A stretch of 64,000 bases of DNA from Eledone cirrhosa (GCA_964016885.1 OZ024745.1:7502001-7566000); one strand, 5' to 3'. Positions 1-13,139 are shown, numbered from the stretch's first letter. Numbers and translations are program-made. The notes: generated by a model not told the origin, from the letters alone.

Positions 1-495
1 ATCTTTAAATCTGTTACTGGTTGAGGGGACTTTCAGCTTCCAGATCTTTCTTCTCCAGGTTGGCCTGTTTCCGGGGTCGTCTAGTTCTGACCGTGAGGTC
101 GCTGACAACTAAGCTATGTTGGGATGTACATTCCTCACTAGGGAAGGCTTTTGTGTTTACGACCGTCCATCTGTCACGTCCTCTGATGAGGATAAAATCT
201 AACTGACTAGAGTGCTCCCCTCTGATCTATAGGTGATCAGGTGGTTGTCGGGTTTTTTAAAAGTTTGTGTTACATATCGACATGTCATTGGCGTCGCAGA
301 ATTCTAGAAGTCTGAATCCTTCCTCATTCCTTGTGCCAACTCCATGGCCTCCATGTACTCTATTGAAGCCGTCGCAGTGTTTACCTACGTGTCCGTTAAA
401 ATCTGTGATGATTAGGAAGTCATTGTCGTTTGTTAGAGCAGTAGTGTGCATTAGGGACTCGTAAAATCTATCCTTAAGTTCGTCTGTCAACCCCG
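1..495 (-). mobile_element. RTE-clade LINE fragment, apurinic-like endonuclease region (frameshifted, runs off window)
   Basis: ORF 257..556 has DFNGHVG, GVGTRNEEGFRLLEFC and ICNTNF; after a frameshift it continues towards HLITY and SQLDFIL, typical APE motifs of RTE elements. Confidence 0.85.
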
Positions 496-760
496 ATATA
501 TACAACATATTACAAATTGTTTTTGATTGAGGAACTTTGTGTGAAACAACAAACATTTCAAGTTGTAATTACTTTTAAAAAGAAGTAGGTGGAAAGTTGC
601 AAGAGGGTGAGAGCAGGAGAATCTGAGGGGAAGAACTCACATTAAACAAGTGGGCCCTTGATTAACATTGAGCTGGGCCCACCTAGATGTCCTCCTCTTG
701 CTTTTCTCCTCCAGCAGATCTTTCCTTTTCCTTATTTTTAGTAACCAAAAGAACTTGTGA

Positions 761-1217
761 GGTAGAAACTGAGGGTCGCATGGTAAATAACTGAGAGAGA
801 TACAATAGAATTAGAATACAGCATGGTAAATATCCAAGTTAATACTACATCAGTAAAATTAACAATAATAACGTCATGAAAACTACTAAGAAAAACCCTC
901 GAAAATTTATCGCTAATACAGCAGGGAACATCATTAATATTAACAACAATATGTAGGCTAAAATACCTTCGGAGATTAGTAAGGATGGATGGATGGCTGG
1001 AACAATTGGAATCAACTCTAGTGATACATTTTAGCAGAGAAGAATGGGAAAGTGTCTTATCTCTTCAATATTTTCAGATTGAATAGGTTAAAGACAGGGT
1101 AGTAAACCTTAAAGAGATGCATAGAGAGAGGGGGGGGGGGGGGTAGGAACTGAGGGTCGCATGGTAAATAACTGAGAGAGATACAATAGAATTAGAATAC
1201 CGCATGGTAAATATCCA
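761..1217 (+). repeat. Direct repeat of ~75 bp (761-836 and 1142-1217)
   Basis: AACTGAGGGTCGCATGGTAAATAACTGAGAGAGATACAATAGAATTAGAATAC(A/C)GCATGGTAAATATCCA occurs twice, 381 bp apart. Confidence 0.95.
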
Positions 1218-1444
1218 TATATATACGCATATATATATACATATATACGCATATATCCATATATATACGCATATATATATACATATATACGCAGTATATA
1301 TATAGAAGTCTACAGTATATATATATATACAAGTATACACAGTATATATATATACATACATGTATACACAGTATATATATATATATATATACATACAAGT
1401 ATACACAGTATATATATATATATATATACATACATGTATACACA

Positions 1445-1478
<34 letters not shown>

Positions 1479-1498
1479 TGTGTATACATGTATGTATA
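1218..1498. repeat. Interrupted (TA)n compound microsatellite ending in a 74-bp perfect palindrome (1425-1498)
   Basis: TA runs broken by CGCA, CACAG and CAAG; TATACATACATGTATACACAG-(TA)n-CTGTGTATACATGTATGTATA. Confidence 0.9.
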
Positions 1499-2308
1499 CA
1501 GGTTGTATGATGCCTGCATACGAACAGCAATGTTGCATGGCAGTGAGACCTGGGCATTGTGTGCAGAGGATATACGCAGACTAGAGAGGAACGAAGCTTG
1601 CATGCTCCGCTGGATGTGTAATAGTAATATACGTGAACGGCAAAGCATAAACGAACTAAGGGAAAAATTAGAAATAAGAGGGATCAGATGTTGTTTACTC
1701 GAGAGAAGGCTACATTGGTATGGTCACGTGATGCGCATGAAAGAAGACAGCTGTATAAAAAAGTGCAGGGCAATAAAGATAGACGGTAGCTATGGAGTAG
1801 GCAGACCTAGAAAAACCTGGGACGACCCGATAAATTCCGACCTCACACACTTACACCTCTCCAAGACAATGTCACTGGACCGAGACCTTTGGCGCTACTC
1901 AGTAATAGAGAAAACCCGCCTTACCTAAATACAAAGTAAAACCTACTACAGTCAGTAGGCACCTCTCACAAAATACACCCCCGTCCCACCACCCCCACCC
2001 CTTCAATGTAAAGTTATGTTGGTGCCACAACATCCAGGCCGAAACAAATGAGATCGTGTAGGTGTCGCGACAAAAAAAAAAACACAGTCCACGCTGTAAT
2101 GTGGCCGTGTAGGCAACACGGTGAAAACCTCCCAGTCCCACACTGTAAATGTGGTTGGTGTTAGGAAGGACACCCAGCCGTAGAAAACCCGCCAGACAGT
2201 CCTATGCGAGCAAGACAACCACTCTTGCATCAAGTGGGAAAACTCCCATCCAAACCCATGCAAGCGTGGAACATGGACGTTAAACGATGATGATGATGAT
2301 GATGATGA
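1499..2308 (+). mobile_element. 5'-truncated RTE LINE: ORF C-terminus, 3' region and (ATG)n tail
   Basis: Translates [18 protein letters not shown]...[12 protein letters not shown]...GRPRKTWDD (stop 1928), followed by the family 3' motif GTGGTTGGTGTTAGGAAGG...GGACGTTAAACGATGATGATG; TA microsatellite on both sides. Confidence 0.9.
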
Positions 2309-3449
2309 TATATATATATATATACATACAGGTATACACAGTATATTTACATATATATATATATACAAGTATACACAGCATATATATACAACTATATACA
2401 GCATATATACAGTATATTCAATGTTCATTTTATTTCATAAGTATGCTTATATTGGAGATTGTATTGCTCAATGTTGGAATAAATATATAAAATCTTGCCC
2501 GTAATTGTTGGTATGAAGTAATCAGAAAATAAAATTGATATTCGTAGCAATGAAAAACTTTTTTTGCTTTCATCGAGACAGGAACTCATACATAGATGCT
2601 ATGTATGTCGTCACAATTTATGTCTTGCAAAATTAAATATCAAAAACAATGGATACAATGGTTTAAAATAAAATGTGTTTCCTCTTTTTGGAAATTAAAA
2701 ATTCTACCAAAATCTTGAATGTCTAATGCTTAATACATAAAAAAATCTGAATATCTTTTCAAAAAAAAAAAGAAAATAAAAAAAAAAATGTATTATAAAA
2801 CTTTCAAAAATCTCATTTTAAACAAATCTTTATTCTTCTATGATACAATCGTGTCTCACTGTACAAATTGAACCAAATCAGAAATTGAGTGAGTATAAAT
2901 TTATATAATTACAGTTATTATCAAAATAAAATCGCTTTTCTAGAAAACCTCTGATGGTATGATCTCCACAATGTGGAGTTTATAGCAGTTAAACTTTTAT
3001 AGTCTACTTCCTGTAGAGGTCAAAGGTCACATCTGAATGTCTTTCAAATTTCTTTTAGGATGTTTGAAATTTTTTTTAATGTGTTTTATACAGTGTTGTA
3101 TTTTTAGCAAGTGGAAACTGTTTCCTTGGTCCAATCTAAGGAGTTCCATCCCAGTTAAGTAAATGAGGTTTGGGATCTTGTTTGGGATCAATCCCAGTTA
3201 AGTAAATGAGATTTGGGATCTTGTCAATTTGGATCAATTAATTTATACAGTAATTACAATAAATCTGGCTAAATAATCCCTTTTTTTCATACATTGTCAG
3301 TTCATTTTATACATGACAGTTATTTTTCCAGGGCTTCATTACCTATAATCATAGGTTGATAAAGGTGCAATGACTTACAATCATAATGCTGGGTGGAGTT
3401 GTGCATTGTGTGCTTGAGAAAAACACTTTATTTTATGTTACTCCTGTAC

Positions 3450-3945
3450 ATCATCATCATCATCATCATCATCATCATTTTACGTCCGCTTTTCCCTGCT
3501 TGCCTCATTTCTCTCCAGCCGTCGCATATCTTCTGCGGTTGCTGCCCATGTCTCACTACCATGCAGCATCGCGCTCCTCACACAGGCATCATACAACCGG
3601 CCTTTCGTACGCAGGGAGAAACCCTTCTTCGTCAACAGAGGAAGCAGCTCCCTAAACTTCTTCCAACCCGTCCTTATTCTAGATACTATGGCCTCGGAAC
3701 ACCCTCCTCCCATGCTAATCTGATCTCCTAGGTACCGGAAGCTATCCACCACTTCTATAGCGCCCTCTCGCATTTGAAAAATGTGTCTATCAGTGCGACT
3801 TCTACTGTCTAATTTCCCTGTACATCTACTGCATACATATTTCTCCCTACCTGTTAGTTTGCCTGCTATCCCGCTACATCTCTTGTGTACCCAGGACCTA
3901 CATTGTGTGCATTTTATAGAATTTATGCCAGTTCCTTTTCTGCGA
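3450..3945 (-). mobile_element. Internally deleted RTE LINE fragment (RT C-terminal part with Cys/His finger joined to the 3' tail)
   Basis: ORF 3480..3995: SIKCTQCRSWVHKRCSG...[28 protein letters not shown]; (CAT)n at 3450-3478 is the tail. Confidence 0.88.
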
Positions 3946-4706
3946 CTACCAGCAGTAGCTGGGATTAACCCTGCAATGGACTGCCATCCCATCATTCACG
4001 TAAGTTGAATCAAGCTAGAAAATAGCTATTTCTTTTGATAAAAAAACTTGGTATTAAGCTAATCCAACTATAAACTATTGCATCTAATAACACCTATTTC
4101 TGTCCAACGTTATATAATCTTTGATTATTTTATCATTTATTAACATAACTGTGTGTGTGTACAAATTTGCCAAGTCTTCACAATCAAAAAAATTATGAAA
4201 TTAAATAACAGAATATTCATATATAATATACACTTGTGTATAATGTGAACCCCTGATATTAAAAAAAAGGAAAAAGTTTGTTTGAAGCTCATCAGGTCAG
4301 TGCTTACTCTAGTTTGATTGGTGTTAAATGACTTGTAAAGTGAACAGTCCTCAAATAGTAATTCCAAAGAAGATAAACAGAAATTTTAGATCTAGGTAAA
4401 ACTGAGTCTTTGCTATTTAACTATCATTGAAAGGAATACTGCAAAGGGCTGATAATATAAATACAAATTGTTAATCCTTGTATTATCTCGGCCAGCTAAA
4501 TCACTGTTGAAAGGCAAATGGTGTGAAGAAAAAAAGTACGACAATACAAATGTACAGAAGTATATAGTTTGAATCTGGAACACAACATAGCATAAACATG
4601 GAATGAAAGATTCCTGTTAAACTGAAGAAAGAGTTGATGGGAGTTTGTTAAATGAACTGAAGAGTTAATTAAAATAAACAACAAATAATACCATTGAAAG
4701 ACTTAC

Positions 4707-5725
4707 CCTGATATTGTCTCTGTTCTCCATGACGTAGACTCCAGTCGGGAATACCTAAAATTATTACTGGGCGGTTTCATTAATGGTCCGGGAATCACAG
4801 AATGGGATTGCAAAACTGTACTAGTATTGAGTTCCTGATCTTCAGGTAGAGTAGGAAGTGGCACTGACACAGGGCGTACACTGTTGGAACCACTGGACGA
4901 ATTGCTACCCTTTGGACTCTTGCCACCTTGTTGTACATACTGAACGTACAGGTCAGATTTTAAAAATAAAGGGTATGTATTGTTCCGAAGATAGTTTAAA
5001 ACCTCTTCTTGCGCACCGTCGAAAACTGACTGATCTAGCATCAAAGGTTTTTTTAACCGTTCAGTTAATTCTTTTCGTGTTTCCGAGCTAATGAATGGTA
5101 TAGAATCCCCTCGAAGAAACTTCTTGTGTATTACTTTGATGAGGTGAGGGATTTCTCCCGCTGAACGGGCAGGATTTTTTAAACCTTGACATGCAAACCA
5201 GAACTCCAACATAGTTGCAGCTCCAGTTTCCTGTGTTAAAAATGTCTGCAATAGGTTCACCCCATCACTGTCATCTAATAGATTATCAAAGTTTTCAGCC
5301 CACTTTAAATAAGGGGGCGTCGTAGCATCTGTTTCAGCATAGGGGGGAGTGTTAACTGCACTACCCTCCGGTGCATCCATGTCCTTAGTGTCTGGGCAGT
5401 CTGCTGTAGAAATACCTGAGCTGCAATGTGCAGCTTCATTCAGTCGCTGCACACGGTGTGGTGCTCCGTAGAACAATGCCAACGACTGTGGTCCAGATAC
5501 TGTACCTGCAGCTGCTCTATTCGCCTGGCTACCAGACGTTGAGATGCAGACATCTTTGCAGGAGGTGGAGGTACATGGTGCAACACAAGGACTTGACGTC
5601 TTGCAACCGGTACAAGATGATTGCCTGTAATTTTCATTCTCCTTGCCAGGAACTGGTGGACGTGGTAAGTTTTCATGAAACTTCTCATGTGCCTCACTCA
5701 CTGTTTGTAAACTCCTTTTGTTCAT
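4707..5725 (-). CDS. Axin: Axin, first coding exon (tankyrase-binding segments + RGS domain); gene continues beyond the left edge
   Basis: PRPPVPGKE and PEGSA..TPPYLKWAE closely match the Axin N-terminus; RGS domain (LEFWFACQGLK...YPLFLKSDLY) and a later LPTLPED motif. In-frame TGA at 5749-5747 supports ATG 5725. GTAAGT donor at 4706-4701, so the TAA ending the ORF-track call is intronic (phase 2). Confidence 0.96.
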
Positions 5726-5790
5726 CCTTCTGACATAGCTGTGCCTTCACTTATGTATCCAGTTGGCTGAAAAAAAAAAAAAAAAATCAA
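5726..5790 (-). other. 5' UTR part of the Axin exon (5766-5726) and its splice acceptor
   Basis: Minus strand reads poly-T tract + CAG|CCAACT, with AG at 5768-5767; implies an upstream non-coding exon. Confidence 0.8.
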
Positions 5791-7399
5791 AAAAAAAAAA
5801 TCAATAGTAACCAAGGAAAAGAAAGAATGAGAATATAATTAAGATTTCACAGTTTAATGATAATGGTATCAATCTGATTAGTATCAAATATAACCATTAA
5901 TTGATTAGTTAGCTGTAGTACATTCTAGAATTCGAACCAGTTAATTTACCAATATATGTTTAGAAAGAATCAATGGTAATGACCAAAGATTGGATTTACT
6001 AACATTATAACTTAAATTCTATTATAACTTGCCAAGACAAGAATTGTGATAAATGGTGGTTTTGATTTATCTCTACTGCCCTTAGAAAATATAAACATCT
6101 TTAACACTTTGGTTGGTTTAAACATGTCAAATTTGTGTATCTGTATGTTAAAAGCAACAGAAGTTCAAAGCTGACATCACTTCAGTGAATTGGTAAAGTT
6201 GTATCTGTTCTGGCAGCTCTCTGGTCAGTTTTTCTTTTGAGGGTTGATAAATAAAATACTAGTTTAGGTCAATTATCAGAATTATTAGGATATATTGTGG
6301 TGTCTGTTCCAGTTCTCTACAGAGTTCAAATTTCACCTAGTTATTAGAAAAATTATGACATAACTGGGCTGGTGGGGATCCCCTTCTATCATTAAAACAC
6401 TGAAGACTTGTAGTCAAGTAAAATATCCATGCAATGGATTTCCATGGGTTTGGAATTCAATATGAAATGGTTTACTTCAACAAGCTAATAGGTTTTGTGC
6501 TCAGCTAACATATCTTGTACTTGTAGTTTCATATACTGAATCAAGGATACGTAAGAATGCTGAGAATAGGCTATACACAGTAAGTAGTTCTATATTCTAA
6601 TAACTGCCAACTTAACCCACATTGTAAAGGTTGCTTCCTCATTCTAACGTTCCCTACACCAATAATATTTTCTTTAAATATTGACACCAGAGTTAAAACA
6701 AACAACACAGTAAAACATATTAAGATAGTCCATAGACCAAAATTATTATTTCTCTGCTAATATAAGTTTACTAATTAAAAGTAAAAAAAAAAATGGACAT
6801 GCATGCAAACACATGTACACACCGAAGTATGTGTGTACACACACATACACGTCTGTAAACAACTAAGTATATTGACTTAGTTGCTATATACAGATTTTGA
6901 ACATTAAATTGGATCCAGCATCAAAGCTTTCAACAGTTCTGTGATGGTTGAGAAGGAACAAATCAAGCGAACAAGCAGTACATTTCTTTCATGGGTTACA
7001 GAGTGCAGAAAAATATTTCATATCACACAGTATTATCATTTAATGTACAGTTCCGTGAAAACTGAATTACTATTGGGTGAAACGCTAGATTAACAACTCA
7101 GATGACCAGTCACAACATTATGGAGAAGGCATTCATGAGCAGCTTTATATAAGTGTTGGATTTATAAGAATTTTAGAAAAGAAAACAGTTTTATATTTGG
7201 TTCAATAATGGAAAATAACTCATCAATTAATTTGTATGGATAAAAATTATCAAGTAGAAGAAATAAAAAAGTGATGAAGCGATAATAAATATTAGTAGAT
7301 AGATTTCCACGCAACTTTTACATCTTGCTCTCACACCAGCGTTAATAGGTAACCTGTTGAATGTCTGTGACAGTGTCTTATAGAGATTATTTAATGTGA

Positions 7400-7660
7400 A
7401 GGTACATGGCTTAGTAGTTAGGATATCCAGCTCATGATTGTAAAGTCATGAGTTCAATTTCCAGTGGTGTGTTGTGTACTCAAGCAAGGGTCTTTATTAC
7501 ATATTGCTCCAATCAATATAACTGGCAAAAATGAATTGTGCCAGACATTCAAAAGGTCAGTCATTTCACAGTGTGTCATGCTGAATCTCCCTGAGAACAG
7601 TACATGTGTCTGTGGAATGTTCAGCCACTTCATTTTATAAGCAACAAACTGTTGTCAGAA
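7400..7660 (+). mobile_element. tRNA-derived CORE-type SINE, diverged
   Basis: A-box-like TGGCTTAGTAG, B-box-like GAGTTCAATTT, CORE-like centre; aligns by eye with the copies at 42540, 49331 and 63693. Confidence 0.8.
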
Positions 7661-8029
7661 CCAACATAAACTTATTTTTATTGTGCATTTTTGCATTTTG
7701 TTGCGATGAAAGGCTTTCCATGCATGACTATCCCATTCCTTTTACAGACAATGCACTGGAAACTACATCATCCAATACACCCGTCTTCTCAAAACAAGGA
7801 GGGGCATGTAATTTGAGATATGTCACTTGTATTTGTAGATCTAAGTACAACATAGAACCTGCACTTCTCATTGGTCAATGAGTAAAAGGAATGACAATGT
7901 GTGTGTGTGTATATATATATGACAGACATTTTGAGAGCTATATCCCTATATGATGGGGGAGGGTGCTTTTCACATACTCTACAGATTGCACCGTATTTTA
8001 TTGGAAGACCAGCATCGGGGAGGTGATAT

Positions 8030-8345
8030 CTATGACATAGCTGAAGTCTTCCCTATTCTTTGGCAGGTTTTCTACAGCTGGATGCTGTTCCAATCACCAA
8101 CCACACTGCAAAGTCTACTAGGTGTGTTTATCATGTAGGTCACCAACACTGAAGAAGTCGTTGTACCTTTAACATAAGTGTACATGGCACTAGTACTAAA
8201 GAGATTGCTGTGTTATGATTAGAGGATCCTCCCAACCCTTTTTAGCATGGTTTCTATGGCTGGAATCCCTCCCTAACACCAACCACTTTACAGAGTGTAG
8301 TAAGTGCATTTTATTGTGGTACCAGCACTAGGAAGGTTGCCCATC
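8030..8345 (-). mobile_element. Decayed RTE-tail/SINE 3' modules
   Basis: Two reverse copies of the CTGTAAAGTGGTTGGTGTTAGGAAGGGCATCCAGC motif. Confidence 0.65.
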
Positions 8346-8419
8346 ACAGACTCAAATGAAGCCCTCCACCATAGGGGATGGTGGAAATAAAAATGTGCCA
8401 TGGGCAATGGGTAGATGAC

Positions 8420-8790
8420 GTCACTAGTGTATGACAGGTGTGGTGAGGGGAGCAGGCAGAAAGGATGTCATGGGTGTATGGTAGGTGTAGTGGGAATTGA
8501 CAAGGTGATGAAGGGAAAGGGAGGAATATCAGACAGAGGAGGTGCAGTGAGGATGCACATAGATATCAAGAAGAAAGTGATCTGGGGTTATTGAAAAACT
8601 GGTGTTCTTTGAATAAAATCCTTTTGGAGAACAAAGTGCTTTGTACCAAGTTCCAGACACTATTTCAATCTCTTTCTGCCAGGAGTTGCAACCAGTAGAA
8701 GTATCAGCAATGGAAAGACAAATGGAAACTATTTCCTTGGTTTGATTTGATGAATTCCACCCCATTCGGTAAGTGAATGAGGACTGGAAT
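8420..8790 (-). mobile_element. Possible Penelope-like element 3' remnant (GIY-YIG C-terminus + pyrimidine-rich tail)
   Basis: NSSNQTKEIVSIC...LCSPKGFYSKNTSF resembles the HFNS...LGTLxPxGLN end of PLE endonucleases; heavily decayed. Confidence 0.35.
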
Positions 8791-10140
8791 CTTGTTATTC
8801 AATTCCTTTCCTATATGTGGTGGCCATAGAAATACAGCAACATACAAAATTATCCTTCACTGGAAATGGTCAAAGTTGTTCAAGAAATGAAATAAACAAT
8901 TACAATGAAAGATTTTGTTCAGTTTTGGAATCGGTAAACATCTTTGCCAGACATAGCACAGCTGTGGCTAACAGGAACAATTTTGTTTTCAACCTCTGGC
9001 ATATAAAATATTATACACAATTGGAGGTTTTCAATCAAGAATTGTAGAGATGAATAAGGATGAGTCGAAGACTTTTGTACATTCTCAATTATGGTGAATT
9101 TTAGAGCGAAATGCCAAGGCCTGCCTCCATCTCTCACAAAGTTCTTTTAATGCAAAGAATGGACCAGAATGAACAGACATCAAATTTACTGAATTAGATA
9201 TGCCAAGTTTTGGCAACTTGTTTATTTTATGGTGTAAAAGTAGCTTCTGTACTAAAAGATAGTTAACTGTTATGTAGTTGAGAAACAATAGTACTGTTAC
9301 GAGGAGTAAATGGAGGACACCACACAACCAAGTCAACATGTTTTATAACAAACCACCAACCAATCTGTTATGTGTGTGTGTATATACATGTGTATATATA
9401 TATATATAAAGAGCGAGTCAGAGAGAGGGAGCTAGAGACAAGTGGAATTAAGCATCTAGATGACATAGGCAGGAAAGTCAAGAGTTGAGTAATGCTAATC
9501 AAGTAGTAGTAGTAGTAATAGCAGCAACAAGTACGGATTCATTTTCTAAACAGGGGATCTTTCTTTTGCAATAACTTTGTTATGTGCACCCATGCATGCA
9601 TGCATCTGAGAATTATGAATAAAACATTTGATGCATATACCTTAAAGAAACAAAATTAAATGAAAATATACTTTTTTAAAAATTCAATAAAATTAATAAA
9701 TTTTCCCTACCCATAACATCTACAAAAGAAAAAAAAAATCTTGTGAAAAACATCTAATAACTCTCAGCATTCCGAGTTTACTTTGAAGTTGTCTTACCGA
9801 ATCCCATTATAGTGAAAACATTTATTTCCACAAAGCTGGAAGCTTGGATGGTTTGTTGTTTGATATTCATTAAAAAAATATAAATGAAAATAAAGAGACA
9901 GAGATGGAAGCAAAGAGAACAATGGAAGAGAAAAAGTGGAGAAGTGGTGGTGGGGGGGGGGGGGGGGTGAAAACCAGCCACCAATGATTATTATATAGAA
10001 GGGTGAAAGAAATGAGTTGCAAGAGAATTTCAAAAACTGATAAATAAATAAAAATGGTGTGTATATGAGAGAGAGGTGTAGGGTTGGTTATCAGAGGATT
10101 TGAGTTGGTTGCATAAAAGCACAAAGCAAAATGCACAAGT

Positions 10141-10175
<35 letters not shown>

Positions 10176-11297
10176 CACGTGCACATTTAGAAATATTTAG
10201 AAATACACATATATAAAATATAAACTAAAAACCCATTGAAAAATGGATTGAAATTAAATAGAAGAGCAGAAAATGTGGCTTGTGAAGATTAACGATCTTG
10301 ATATGAATAGTTAATTAATAATTTCTCTTTATAAAAAAAATAGAAGTTACGATGATGATGATGATTCCTAAGGACAAAAGACAGGCAACATGACACTTGT
10401 TAACTTCTCCTCCATCCTCAGACACATGTTTAATTTCCTAAAATAGGGGGAGGAGAAAAATGAAAATTAATTTTAAAAAAGGGGGGGGAGTTCCTTGTTG
10501 GAAGATGGAAGATATTACAAGTGAGAAAATAAAGTGGGTAAAAGGAAGACAAAGGGAGAAGGGAATAAAGAATGCACAACTTTGATTTGGGTTCACATAT
10601 TAAATGTCTCAACTGCTTCACTTTAAATTTTTTTAATGGAAGAAGGCAAGGATGGGGGAGAGTTCCTTTAAGTTTCTCTACATATATTTGTAAGCTGGTG
10701 CCACCATTCTGCTGTTAATCTAGGAAATTCTAATACAAGAGACAACATTTTGTTAGTATTATTTCTATTTCTGTACATGTGTGTATGTGTACGTGTGTGC
10801 ATGTATGTGTGTGTGTGTGTTACACAGCTGAGGTATTCTAAGGGAGAAGTTAATGAGGAAGTCGGTATGTGGGTGTCTGGCTTGCTGGAAATAGAAGCCA
10901 AACCTTCCGCAAATCACACCACTGTCTCTCATTGGACAATGTTGTCTTAGATACATTATGTCAATTAAAAGGCAAGATAGTCATGGCTGGAATGTCTGAC
11001 TAAGACTGCCTGACTTGGAGTCAAACAACAAGAAAATATTTAGTTGCTTTAGGTTCTTCCAATGGCATATGCTAGCTTTACATAACCAATATAAAAACAA
11101 CACATACACTTTCATGTAGATGACTCACAAATTGAACACAAATATGAAAAAATTTCCATTATGAAAGATCAAAGAGAAACACAAAAGTAAAAATATCCTG
11201 GAGAATTCTTTACTATTGAGGTTCAATTTCCACATCAGTGCTGAAACAGACATTGAAAATTGCAATAATATAAAGAGAACAACATAATGCTGCTTGT

Positions 11298-11392
<95 letters not shown>

Positions 11393-12022
11393 ACTATATA
11401 TATATATATGTGTGTTAAAAGTTGCTTTCATCAATAGTGGCATTAAATTAAACCAATTAAAATAGCTTTTCACCAAAATAATATATAAATGAATGCAAGA
11501 TCATTAAAAAAGAATGGGCTTTAAATTTTCAGTTCTATTACTGAAATAGGATACAATATTTTTAATTAAATGCCTGTCAGATTTAGAATATAAAACTAGA
11601 TTCTGAAGAATATAGAAAACACAAGACTACATGAAACAACTCAAATGAGTTTTACCTAATTATTTAGTATTTTAATCATTTAGAGAGGAAGGTATCGTTA
11701 AACTGGAAACCTTAGCCAGACTTATCTAAAGGCTCCCACGAGTTGTGATGTGAAACAGGACAATGGAGTAAGTCTATCACCTAATCTGGGGGTGGGGGGG
11801 TTATAAAAAGAGTTTAAACAACCTATGTAATATATGGTTTTCAATGCATCCCTCACAATTGTGTAATGTTAGTGAGCATGAACCATGTCGATGACGCACA
11901 GACAGGTTGGGAGAATAACTGGCTATGAAAGGAATCAAATATGGTGTATAAGAGACTGTACTGGTATAGATATATAGTGTGTATGATGATTGTTGGGGGC
12001 AGATTGTACTGGCGTAATACAG

Positions 12023-12685
12023 TCATCATCATCGTTATTACATCCGCTTTTCCATTCTTGCATGGGTTGGACGGATCCTTCTCAGCATGGCATCTCTCCA
12101 CATGTAACAATCCTTTGTCATCGCCTCTGTGAATTTCAGTAATTTAAGGTCAGCTCTCACAACCTCTGCCCAGGTCTACCGCAACTTACTTCCACTAGCA
12201 ATTCTTCACCCAATGATTATTCTTCATGTGCATCACATGTCCAAACCAATGCAGTTTTCTCTCTTAAACACTTGAATTCCTCTTAAAGCCAGCTTCTCCT
12301 TCAACTCATCCACACTTACATTGCACATCCAATGGAGTGTGGTTGCTTCATTTCTCCCCAGTTTACACATTCCCTCCGTAGTCATAGCCCATGTTTCACG
12401 ACCATGCAGCATCACACAGTTGTCCTTTTGTGCATAGGGAGAAACCTTTTGCGGTCAACTATGGGAGTAGCTCTCCAAAACTTTTCCATCAAACACACAC
12501 ACATATATGCTACAACAAAAAGCACCTAGTACACACAATGTGGTTGATATTAGGAAGGACATTCAGCCATAGAAAACCAGGACCAGATCAGATTATATCA
12601 GCAACATGTGGTCCCCTGTATTGTCTGGTCCAGTCTAACCCAAGTAAATATAGAAAATAGATGTTAAATGGTAATGGTGATGATG
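12023..12685. mobile_element. Decayed RTE fragment (minus, ~12023-12510) and an adjacent plus-strand tail module (~12530-12685)
   Basis: ORF 12233..12415 MLHGRETWAM...RNEATTLHWMCNVS; tail motif TGTGGTTGATATTAGGAAGGACATTCAGCC. Confidence 0.75.
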
Positions 12686-12741
12686 CAAACTGCGTGAAAG
12701 AGTGGCAATGGTCACCTCACGAGGTCTACTGTAAATTTTAA

Positions 12742-12961
12742 CCCTTTATAGCATTCACATTATTTTATATATACTTTTATATTTTCACAGTAAAAGCTTT
12801 CCCTCGTAATTATCTCACATAATATCGAATCTATGAAATTTTGAAAGTATTTATTTTGAGAACAATACCTTAACATCAGTTTGAGTGACCAGTTACAGCC
12901 AGTTTCAACAGAAAGAGGTAGAGAATTCTGGCCAGTTTTGGCCGGTTTGAACATTAAAGGG
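12742..12961. mobile_element. TTAA-flanked MITE (piggyBac-type ends), 220 bp
   Basis: TTAA|CCCTTTA...TAAAGGG|TTAA; homologous to the copies at 29428-29897. Confidence 0.85.
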
Positions 12962-13139
12962 TTAAAGAGGATATCCAAGCAAGGCTTATGAAATCTCACG
13001 GAGGATTCATAAAACCTGAGTCAATTTAGAAGTCTAAACCACAGAGTCTTTGAACAAAGATTGTTTTCTATAACAGCAATGTCAAATCTATCAGAATTGG
13101 TTGCCTAAGAAAATTCTTTTGTATCATCAAAAACAAAGT

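Noticed and set aside
4703-4706. Axin ORF ending at TAA 4703 as a complete 340-aa protein
   Set aside because: The stop lies within the GTAAGT donor; the GSK3/beta-catenin-binding and DIX regions are expected in later exons.
8416-8423. Perfect cAMP-response element TGACGTCA
   Set aside because: A single 8-mer at the edge of a probable transposon remnant.
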